A stretch of DNA of 64,000 bases from the NCBI GenBank assembly GCA_963778015.1, contig CAVZST010000001.1, positions 917,190 to 981,189 of the forward strand, given 5' to 3'. Each line of letters opens with the position of its first letter. The first letter of the stretch is position 1. The stretch is from Vulcanimicrobiota bacterium (GTDB taxonomy: Bacteria > Vulcanimicrobiota > Vulcanimicrobiia > Vulcanimicrobiales > Vulcanimicrobiaceae). The notes beneath the pieces were generated by a model. The model did no database searches. It had not been told where the DNA came from and was given only the letters and a program-made list of their open reading frames with translations. Positions 9,337 to 17,054 of the stretch are shown here, one piece after another. The translations under genes and the position numbers were made by a program.

Positions 9337-9511
9337 TTATCGACCTCCCAAGAATGGCAGCGTTGGAGCGTCCCCGTGGGTACGACGGGTCCGTGAGGCG
9401 CACCTCCACAAATCGCTACGAGTCGACAGGCAGAAAACTACGGCGGTGCTATTGACGAGCTACGGTACCGAAGCCGTCGCCATGGTGCAAATAGCAAATG
9501 ATACGCTGTGG

Positions 9512-9919
9512 TCACGCATAGCTGATCACGAGGATCGCTCCGGCGATCGCTGCGCCGTCCTCCGTCAGCGCCGCTGGGACGCTCCCAATCACCGAAATCG
9601 CTCGGATGCGCAACGCGAGTCCCAGATATGCCCCGAGCGCAGCACCGCACGCACCGAGCATGGCGTTAAGAGCAGGCGCAGGCGCCTTGGCAGCCGTTAT
9701 GGTCCATCCGCAAAAGGCACCGCTGAGTACGCGTGCGATGAGGCCGCCGGCGCTGGTCCGGGCAGGCGCGTTGGGATAGAGGTCGCCGCCATACTCGAGG
9801 AGCGCGAGCAGGCCAAGCGCGTATGCCGGCGGGCCACCATGGCGCAAAAGCACGAGCACCGCTGGAGCCGTGAACGTTCGCAACCCGGCGACGATACCGA
9901 GCAGCAGCGCGCTCATCAC
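9512..9919 (-). CDS. DUF4126-like membrane protein
   Basis: MMSALLLGIVAGLRTFTAPAVL... with a hydrophobic profile. GTG at 9919 or ATG at 9916. Confidence 0.55.
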   Translation of the reverse strand: MMSALLLGIVAGLRTFTAPAVLVLLRHGGPPAYALGLLALLEYGGDLYPNAPARTSAGGLIARVLSGAFCGWTITAAKAPAPALNAMLGACGAALGAYLGLALRIRAISVIGSVPAALTEDGAAIAGAILVISYA

Positions 9920-9941
9920 GCCGGCGCCTTGCGAGCGCCGC

Positions 9942-10760
9942 TCACAAGCCTTTGGTGTACTGCATCAATCCGCCGTCGATAAAGAACGTTGCAGCGGTGA
10001 CGTAAGCGGCCGCATTAGACGCCAAGTACGCCGCCAGGGCCGCCACCTCGTCGGGATCACCGATTCGACGCAACGGGATCTCGCCGAGCAGTTCCTTATG
10101 CTCTTGCGGGTCCCGCCGCACGTCGCGATTGATCCGCGTCGCTATGGCACCGGGCCCGATGTCGTTGACGGTGATGGCGTGCTCGGCGAGCTCGAGCGCG
10201 AGCGTCCGCATGAACATTCGCATGCCACCCTTCGAGGCGCAATACGCCGAGTTGTCCGGCATCGCTAAGTCTTCGTGGACCGACGAAATATTGATGATGC
10301 GGCCGCCCCGCTTCTGCTCGATCATGCGGCGAGCGGCAGCCCGAGCGCATAAAAAGCTGCCGGTGAGATTGATGCGAATGATTCGCTCCCAAACGTCGAG
10401 CGGCATCTCGACGACCGGGTGGTTCTCTTCGATGCCGGCGTTATTCACCAAAATATCGAGACCGCCAAACCGCTCGACTGCCGCGGCAACGAGTCCATCG
10501 GCGTCCTTCTCCTGCGCTACGTCGGCGCGAACCAACTCGACCCTGCCGCCATCTCGACGAATGGCGTCGAAGACCTCTTGAGCCTGGCTGCGGTTTCCCT
10601 CGTTTGGATAGTCGACGACGACGTTGGCGCCGGATTGAGCAAAGCGCGTTGCTATTGCGCTTCCGATCCCGGTTGCAGAGCCGGTTATGATTGCGGTGCG
10701 TCCGGCGAGATCGACGCGCAGGTCGTCTTTGTGGACATCGGTCTTGACGTCGGTGGACAT
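9942..10760 (-). CDS. SDR-family oxidoreductase (glucose 1-dehydrogenase-like)
   Basis: ATG at 10760. Motifs TGSATGIGSAIA (TGxxxGxG), NNAG and SAYCASKGG (YxxxK). Confidence 0.9.
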   Translation of the reverse strand: MSTDVKTDVHKDDLRVDLAGRTAIITGSATGIGSAIATRFAQSGANVVVDYPNEGNRSQAQEVFDAIRRDGGRVELVRADVAQEKDADGLVAAAVERFGGLDILVNNAGIEENHPVVEMPLDVWERIIRINLTGSFLCARAAARRMIEQKRGGRIINISSVHEDLAMPDNSAYCASKGGMRMFMRTLALELAEHAITVNDIGPGAIATRINRDVRRDPQEHKELLGEIPLRRIGDPDEVAALAAYLASNAAAYVTAATFFIDGGLMQYTKGL

Positions 10761-10892
10761 GATGAGCCTCCCATGCAATGCGATTCCCTGGGTGCGCCGC
10801 ACGATAACGCGCAAAGCGCTCCCTTGTCAGCGCGAAATCGGGCCGAGTCGATACAGAGCGGACCCCTTCATTCTGCAAGCGAAGCATCGCGC

Positions 10893-11894
10893 GTGCCTCT
10901 TGTTGCGCCGGTTGCGCTTGCATGTTCGGTCACTGTATTTGCGCGATATGGTAGCTATGTGCCCACCCCCCGTCTTCATGGCCCAGGCCTTCTGCTCGAC
11001 GGCGGTGGCGCCTTGGAAGCGCCCAACTCGTCGCTGCAATGGTTGCATCGGCGGTTGGCTGGTAATAGCGCGGCACGCGCGGGCAACGTCGTGATTTTGC
11101 GCGCTTCCGAAACGAACATTTACGACCGGCGATTCTATCGTTACGCAAAGCTTACATCGGTGCAAACCGTGCTGATCCCGCCATGCGCGTCGCGTGCGCA
11201 GGTCGACTCGGTGACGCCAATTGTCGATAAGGCTGACGCCGTCTACTTCGCGGGCGGCGACCAAGCGCATTACGTCGCATGGAAGGGAACGGCGCTGATG
11301 CGGGCAGTCGCACGCGTCTACGCGCGTGGCGGGGTCGTCGGCGGCGGCAGCGCCGGCTTGGCAATCCAAGGCAGCGTGATATACGACTCCGTGGCCGGAG
11401 ATCGCTTAAACGAAGAGACCCACACGAGGGACGCCGTCGCTAACCCGCTCGAGCCGCGAATCAGCTTCACCACGGGCCTGTTCGCGTGGCCGGCGCTCGC
11501 CGACACGATTACGGATACCCATCTCGTCGTCCGCGATCGGTTCGGCCGGATGGTCGTCTTTCTCGCGCGTATCATTTACGACCGGCTTCTCCCCGAAGCG
11601 CGCGCGATCTACGCGCTCGGCGTCGATCAGGCGAGCTCGGTCGTCGTCGATGCCGACGGCACCGCGACGGTGCTCAACGGCCCGGGAGGACGCGGCGCGT
11701 ATCTCGTCCGCGCCGACTCGATGGCGCACCTCGCTGCCGGTCCGCCGCTCCGCTACACCGTCGCGGTTTCGCATCTTGGAGAGAACGGCGAAAAGTTCGA
11801 TCTGCTCCATAAACGCACCGCCGAACCATGGTATACGGTCACCGTTGACGGCGCGCACGCGCCGATCTATAGTCGCGACCCGTATAGCCGATGA
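10893..11894 (+). CDS. peptidase S51 / cyanophycinase-like protein (start uncertain)
   Basis: The C-terminal two-thirds of ORF 10419-11894 lie clear of the SDR gene. Motifs ADAVYFAGGDQ and GGVVGGGSAGLAIQG (GxSAG nucleophile). The first start outside the SDR gene is GTG at 10893. Confidence 0.65.
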   Translation: MPLVAPVALACSVTVFARYGSYVPTPRLHGPGLLLDGGGALEAPNSSLQWLHRRLAGNSAARAGNVVILRASETNIYDRRFYRYAKLTSVQTVLIPPCASRAQVDSVTPIVDKADAVYFAGGDQAHYVAWKGTALMRAVARVYARGGVVGGGSAGLAIQGSVIYDSVAGDRLNEETHTRDAVANPLEPRISFTTGLFAWPALADTITDTHLVVRDRFGRMVVFLARIIYDRLLPEARAIYALGVDQASSVVVDADGTATVLNGPGGRGAYLVRADSMAHLAAGPPLRYTVAVSHLGENGEKFDLLHKRTAEPWYTVTVDGAHAPIYSRDPYSR

Positions 11895-12373
11895 GTTCCA
11901 GCGTCTCGTATGAGCTGCTCGAGGAACAGCTCCGCTCGCTACTCGCCGATGAAAGCGACTTTATCGCCAATGCGGCCAACTTCGCCGCGTTCGTCTATCA
12001 CGAGCTGCCCGAGGTCAATTGGTCGGGTTTTTATCTCGCGAGAGCGTCGGAAGAGCTCGTTCTGGGCCCCTTCTGCGGGCATCCGGCCTCGACGCGTCTG
12101 CCCGCAGGTCGTGGCGTCTGCGGCGCCGCAGCATCACGCCGCGCGACGCTCGTGGTCGACGACGTGAGCGCCTTCGCCGATCACATCGTCTGCGATACGG
12201 CATCGCGTTCCGAGATCGTCGTGCCGATCTTCGTTCGCGGCGAGTTCGTCGGCGTCTTCGATTGCGATAGTCCGAGATGCGCGCGCTTCACCGACGCGGA
12301 CCGCAGCGGAATCGAGCGCCTCGTCCGCGTCTTCAGTGACTCGGTTCGGGCGCCGACGGCGTTCGCACGCTAA
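11891..12373 (+). CDS. msrC: GAF-domain free methionine-(R)-sulfoxide reductase-like protein
   Basis: WSGFYLA...LVLGPFCGHPASTRLPAGRGVCGAAA...DHIVCDTASRSEIVVPIF. The ATG overlaps the upstream stop (ATGA). Confidence 0.8.
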   Translation: MSSSVSYELLEEQLRSLLADESDFIANAANFAAFVYHELPEVNWSGFYLARASEELVLGPFCGHPASTRLPAGRGVCGAAASRRATLVVDDVSAFADHIVCDTASRSEIVVPIFVRGEFVGVFDCDSPRCARFTDADRSGIERLVRVFSDSVRAPTAFAR

Positions 12374-13547
12374 GCATAACCCAGCCTAAGTTCGCCAGCG
12401 CCATCGATCCAATCGTCAGAAAGACCGTCTCGAAGCCGAAACGCGCAGCAATCGTTCCGCCTAGCAGCGGCCCTGCGAACATGCCCATGAACGTCGCGCT
12501 CGATGTGATCCCAAATACCTGGCCACGCCGCTCGACTGGGAAGATTCGACCGATCAGCGCGTTGGCCGTCGGGAGGACGCCGCCCAAAAACAAGCCGACG
12601 CCGAACCGTAACGCGATGAACGCACCGGCGCTATGAACGAACGCCTGTGGAATCGTGAAGGCGGCGACGCCCGCAAGCGAGATCAAGAGCACGCGACGGT
12701 ACCCGATGCGATCGCTGCGCTTGCCCAAGAACGGCGATGCGATGAGGTCGGCGAGACCGGTTACCGCAAAGGCCAAACCCGCGGCGGTCGCAAGCCATGG
12801 CACGTTGCCGGCCAGATGGCGCACGAAGAGCGCAACGACCGGCTGCACCCCGAAGGCGACGACTTGAGCGAGGAGCACCACCACGAACATCGGTGCAAGG
12901 CTCGGATGGGTCGCGACCTCGTGCAGGCCTGCGAAGAAGGAGGCGGGCCGGTTTGATCCCTTCTCGCGCCGGAAGCGCTCGTGCACGAAAATGAGGCAGA
13001 CGAACGTCGCTGCAAGTGCGAAAAACGACGTCACATAGAATACTTGGCGGTAATCGTGAAGCCGGTCGGCCAGGAATCCCCCGAAGAGCGGCCCGCAGAG
13101 GCCGCCGACGAGCTGGCCCGTAGTCATCCAACCGAGCGAATATCCAAGGCTCTCTTCGGGCACCTGCGTGCCGACCATCGCGATCGCCGCGGCCGAGAAC
13201 CCGCTAAAGATTCCCATGCAGGCGCGCGCGGCGAAGAGCTGCCAGACGTTTTGGACGATGCCCATCACCGCCGTAAAAAACGCAACGGCAAGGCACGAGC
13301 GAACCACCATCGCCTTTCGCCCAGTCCGGTCGGCAACACCGCCCCAAATCGGCGAGAAAATCGCCGCCGCCAAAAAGTTCACCGACGCGATGACGCCGGC
13401 CCAAATCGAAACCGTCGCGATCGGCTTAACGCCGAGCTGAATGATGAAGAGCGGTAAAAACGGACCGGAAACGGAGAAGGCGAAGGACATCAACGCCTGC
13501 ACCGTTACCATGAGCCAGAGCGTGCGCTGCCATGCGCTGAGCGTCAC
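12333..13547 (-). CDS. MFS transporter
   Basis: 404 aa, about 12 TM helices, GGVADRTGRK motif between TM2 and TM3. GTG start. Confidence 0.9.
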   Translation of the reverse strand: MTLSAWQRTLWLMVTVQALMSFAFSVSGPFLPLFIIQLGVKPIATVSIWAGVIASVNFLAAAIFSPIWGGVADRTGRKAMVVRSCLAVAFFTAVMGIVQNVWQLFAARACMGIFSGFSAAAIAMVGTQVPEESLGYSLGWMTTGQLVGGLCGPLFGGFLADRLHDYRQVFYVTSFFALAATFVCLIFVHERFRREKGSNRPASFFAGLHEVATHPSLAPMFVVVLLAQVVAFGVQPVVALFVRHLAGNVPWLATAAGLAFAVTGLADLIASPFLGKRSDRIGYRRVLLISLAGVAAFTIPQAFVHSAGAFIALRFGVGLFLGGVLPTANALIGRIFPVERRGQVFGITSSATFMGMFAGPLLGGTIAARFGFETVFLTIGSMALANLGWVMLSVRTPSAPEPSH

Positions 13548-13562
13548 GCGCTGGCTGTACCC

Positions 13563-14135
13563 TTATTGCGGCGGTGCGCCCTCCATGTGCATCATGCCGG
13601 GGCCGTGCCAATCCATCATGCCGAGCATCGGTCGCGGCGTCAGCGCCATCAGCAACAGCGTTCCGGCGTCGAGCTGGCGGTGCGACGGCATCGCGCCGTT
13701 CTGCGACCCATGGCTCATAAAGCCCGGGTGACCCGCCGGCATTTCGCCCTGCAGCTCGGTCCGCATCTGCTCGTGCAGCTGGCGGCTCTGGGTCGCGAAC
13801 GATGAGTGGGCCATGATGATCCGCTGCCGCTCGGCCGGTGAGAGCATCTGGTCCAGTCGCCTCGCGGTACCGGCAACGTCCGGGCTCTGCGCGATCGCAA
13901 GCTCGCCGATCGTCGCCCCGACCGCGCGCCGGTGAACCGGACTGAGAGCCGAAAGAATTTGCCAACGCATCTGCTGATGGAGTTGCTCTTCTTGCTGTAC
14001 AAAGCGCTGCAGCGTCTGATGCATCGCCTGCCGTTGGTCGGCCGTCGGGGCGGGCGGCGCGCTGGTCTCCTGTGCGAGCGCCGCCAGAGGAAATACGCTG
14101 AGCGCGAGACCCAGCGCCAAAGTCTTTCTATTCAT
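13563..14135 (-). CDS. periplasmic Spy/CpxP/ZraP-like protein with Met/His-rich C-terminus
   Basis: ATG at 14135 gives signal MNRKTLALGLALSVFPLAALAQE. Gln-rich helical body. Tail is MSHGSQNGAMPSH...MLGMMDWHGPGMMHMEG. Confidence 0.55.
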   Translation of the reverse strand: MNRKTLALGLALSVFPLAALAQETSAPPAPTADQRQAMHQTLQRFVQQEEQLHQQMRWQILSALSPVHRRAVGATIGELAIAQSPDVAGTARRLDQMLSPAERQRIIMAHSSFATQSRQLHEQMRTELQGEMPAGHPGFMSHGSQNGAMPSHRQLDAGTLLLMALTPRPMLGMMDWHGPGMMHMEGAPPQ

Positions 14136-14188
14136 AGGCCATCCTACCGCTTTCGCTTGTAAAGGTTGCTGAGAGCTCACAAAAAGGG

Positions 14189-14449
14189 CTAGGCCACCAG
14201 GTCACGCCAACTCGATGCCCTCAGCGTGACACCGTAGTATCCGGCGGCAGCTTTGATGTTGCCGAAAGCTTGTGCGCGCTCGGTTTCGGTCACGCCTCGC
14301 ACTTCGCCAAAGCGCGCGATCGCGCTGCGAACGTGTGCCGCGTCGGTCAGCGGCTCTTTGCGCTCGTTGGGGAAGGCGAAAGCGCTATCGGGCAGCTTCG
14401 CGCGAGCGGAGTCCGCATCGTCGCGCATCGGTTTCCACGTTACTTCCAT
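14189..14449 (-). CDS. DUF6582-like small protein (paralog 1)
   Basis: MEVTWKP...DSAFAFPNERKEPLTDAAHVRSAIARFGEV...AFGNIKAAAGYYGV. Clear paralog of 38970-39317. Confidence 0.7.
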   Translation of the reverse strand: MEVTWKPMRDDADSARAKLPDSAFAFPNERKEPLTDAAHVRSAIARFGEVRGVTETERAQAFGNIKAAAGYYGVTLRASSWRDLVA

Positions 14450-14494
14450 CTGTCTACCCTAGAGCGAAGCTGTGAACGGCGCGTTGACCGGCTG

Positions 14495-16090
14495 TTACAC
14501 CTTTTGCATGAGATCCGCAAGGATGGCGTGCGCGGCGCGTTTGCCGGGAAAGCCGCTGACGCAGCCTCCGGGGTGCGCTCCCGAACCGCAGAGGTAGAGG
14601 TTGCGCACCGGGGTGCGGGTCGCGAAGCGGTCTTGATAGATTTGCCCGGGAAGCAGCTCGCCGTGAAAGATGTGGCCGCCGACCAAACCGAATCGCGTTT
14701 CTAATTCGGGCGGCGCCAAGACCTCGCGGTGTTCGATCGCGGTGAGAAGATTCGGCGCGTAGGCAGCCATGATTGCAACGATTTTGTCGGCCGCCGCTTC
14801 ACGCTTCGCGCTAGTCCAACCGTCGGCGCGATCGTACGGAAAGTACTGCGCGAAGATCGAGAGGATGTGCTTTCCGGCCGGTGCGAGCGACGCATCCGTT
14901 GGCGTCTGGAGAAAACCTTCGATTAGCGGCTCGTCGCTTTCGCCGCGGCTGCGCGCATCCGTATACGCCTTCTGCAGATAATCGATCGACGGCGCAACGT
15001 GAATCGTCGCGCGGTGGTGCGGCCGAGCGTTGGTTCCGGGTCTGCATGTGAAGTTCGGCAGCTCTCCCAGGGCCAGGTTCACCTTCAGCGAGGGTCCGAC
15101 GCTCTTCCATTCCCGCACCTTCGCGGCGAAATCGGCGTCAAAAAGCGAGGGTTCGAGCAACTCGAGGAACGTCGTGCGCGGGTGTGCGTTCGATGCAACG
15201 ATTCGCGCCCGTACCGTCGCGCGACCACTGCCTTGCGGGCCAGAGTGTTCCACGCCACAAGCGCCGGCGTCTTCCACCAGGATTCTGGTCACGGCCGCGT
15301 CTGAAAAAATTTCAGCCCCATACGCGACGGCCGCCTCTGCCAAAGAGCGCGAGACCGACCCCATGCCGCCGCGCACGAAGGCCCACGAGCCTTGAGAGCC
15401 CAGCAGACGCCCGGCGAGATGATGAGCCAGAACGTACCCCGTGCCGGGGTCACGCGGACCGAGGTACGTGCCGATCAATCCATCGTTGACGAGCTCTGCC
15501 TGCAACACCGGCGTGGAGATATAGCGCTCTACTAACTCGGCCGCGGAGCCGCACAGCAAGCGCTGCGTCTGAGGATCGAGTCGCTCAAAGCGCGGCTCCT
15601 CGTCCGAAAACGTGTCGAAGAGCGTCTTGCCCAAATCGTCGGTCTGCTCGACGTAAGCGTCGAAACCGGCGACGTCGCGACGGTCGAAGGCAGCGATTTC
15701 GCGGGCATTATTCGCGCGATCGGTGCCAAGCAGCAGAGATCGACCGTCGAGCAGCGGCGTGAAGGCGTAAGGATCTTTTCGATAGTATGCGAGTCCGCGC
15801 TCGCGCAAACTCAGCTCTTCTACGAGCCAAGGATCGAGTAAGCTGCACACATACGACGCTGTCGAGAGCGTATAACCCGGCCAGAGGCCGGTTTCGCTGA
15901 CGGCAGCGCCGCCTATGGCGTTCCTCTGCTCGAAGACCGCGACCGATCGTCCGGCCTTTGCCAAGAGCGCCGCGCACGCCAGGCCATTGTGGCCGGCGCC
16001 GACGACGACGGCGTCGTACGAGCGCCTAGGGGCTGATGGGAAGCGGACGCTCAGCGATAAGACGGCCGCGAGGCAAAGCAATCCCGGCAA
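14495..16090 (-). CDS. FAD/NAD(P)-dependent oxidoreductase, phytoene-desaturase (CrtI)-like family
   Basis: YDAVVVGAGHNGLACAALLAKAGRSVAVFEQRNAIGGAA dinucleotide fold, 531 aa. TTG start at 16090 or 16081, and either overlaps the upstream gene. Confidence 0.85.
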   Translation of the reverse strand: MPGLLCLAAVLSLSVRFPSAPRRSYDAVVVGAGHNGLACAALLAKAGRSVAVFEQRNAIGGAAVSETGLWPGYTLSTASYVCSLLDPWLVEELSLRERGLAYYRKDPYAFTPLLDGRSLLLGTDRANNAREIAAFDRRDVAGFDAYVEQTDDLGKTLFDTFSDEEPRFERLDPQTQRLLCGSAAELVERYISTPVLQAELVNDGLIGTYLGPRDPGTGYVLAHHLAGRLLGSQGSWAFVRGGMGSVSRSLAEAAVAYGAEIFSDAAVTRILVEDAGACGVEHSGPQGSGRATVRARIVASNAHPRTTFLELLEPSLFDADFAAKVREWKSVGPSLKVNLALGELPNFTCRPGTNARPHHRATIHVAPSIDYLQKAYTDARSRGESDEPLIEGFLQTPTDASLAPAGKHILSIFAQYFPYDRADGWTSAKREAAADKIVAIMAAYAPNLLTAIEHREVLAPPELETRFGLVGGHIFHGELLPGQIYQDRFATRTPVRNLYLCGSGAHPGGCVSGFPGKRAAHAILADLMQKV

Positions 16091-16359
16091 TACACCGGTT
16101 TATCGCCACGCGGATTGAACGGAACCTCGGCCACGCCTCCGCAGTTACTACAAGTCGCCGTGAACATCTCGCGAGGTCGCGACATGCGCTCGGTGGTCGT
16201 CCCGCCGCTCGTGCGCATCTGTTTTCGCGCTTGACGACAATCGGGGCAGCGATTCGGCTTGTTTTGAAAGCCCTTTTGCTCATAAAAGCGTTGCTCGCCC
16301 GAACTGAAGACAAACTGACGTCCGCAGTCCACACAGTTGAGCATTTCATCTACGTACAC
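16051..16359 (-). CDS. zinc-ribbon protein with two CxxC-x17-CxxC modules
   Basis: CVDCGRQFVFSSGEQRFYEQKGFQNKPNRCPDC and CSNCGGVAEVPFNPRGDKPVYCRDC. GTG at 16359 is preceded by AAGGAG with 7-nt spacing. Confidence 0.8.
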   Translation of the reverse strand: MYVDEMLNCVDCGRQFVFSSGEQRFYEQKGFQNKPNRCPDCRQARKQMRTSGGTTTERMSRPREMFTATCSNCGGVAEVPFNPRGDKPVYCRDCFASRPSYR

Positions 16360-16538
16360 GAAGGAACTCCTTAGAGACTCTGCCGACGGTGTGGACTTCT
16401 AAACGGAGCATCCGAGAATCCGACCGCGTGACGAGAGTAGCATTTTGTCGGGGGTTCTGCGACCTGGACGGCACTGGTCCCTGCCGCCCCCCGGGGAAGG
16501 GGCGCGACGCGACGAGGCCGTAGCGACGGCGCAGCATC

Positions 16539-17054
16539 GTGGCCGAAACGATTCCTGAGGTGATCGCCCCCGCCTCGCTGGCCGACTACTTCGAGGTGAT
16601 GACGCGGGCCGTCTTCCAAGCGGGCGTGAGCTGGAAGCAAATAGCGCAGCAGTGGGACGCCTATCGCGAGGCGTTCTCAAATTTCGATCCGGCTCGCGTG
16701 GCCGCGTACGATGATCTAGATGTTGAGCGCATCCTTGCAACGCCCGGTATCCTTCGCATGCGGCGCAAAGTTCGAGCCGCGATCGCCGATGCAAAGGCGC
16801 TGCTCGAGGCGGATCGCGCACACGGCGGCTTCCAAAAGTATCTGCGCTCCTTTGAATCCTATGCCGCGCTGGCAAAGGATTTCAAGCGTCGCTTCGCCTT
16901 TATGGGCGACATGAACGTGTGGTACTTTCTCTTTCGCACGGGCGAAGAAGTTCCGCGCTTCGAAATTTGGGTCAAGACGATTCGGGGCCAGCATCCGAGG
17001 ATGCGCGAAATGGTCGAACGCGCGCGCCGCGAGGGCCGTTCACCAGAACGTTAG
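16539..17054 (+). CDS. tag: DNA-3-methyladenine glycosylase I-like protein
   Basis: YFEVMTRAVFQAGVSWKQIAQQWDAYREAFSNFDPARVA...ILRMRRKVRAAIADAK. Confidence 0.8.
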   Translation: MAETIPEVIAPASLADYFEVMTRAVFQAGVSWKQIAQQWDAYREAFSNFDPARVAAYDDLDVERILATPGILRMRRKVRAAIADAKALLEADRAHGGFQKYLRSFESYAALAKDFKRRFAFMGDMNVWYFLFRTGEEVPRFEIWVKTIRGQHPRMREMVERARREGRSPER

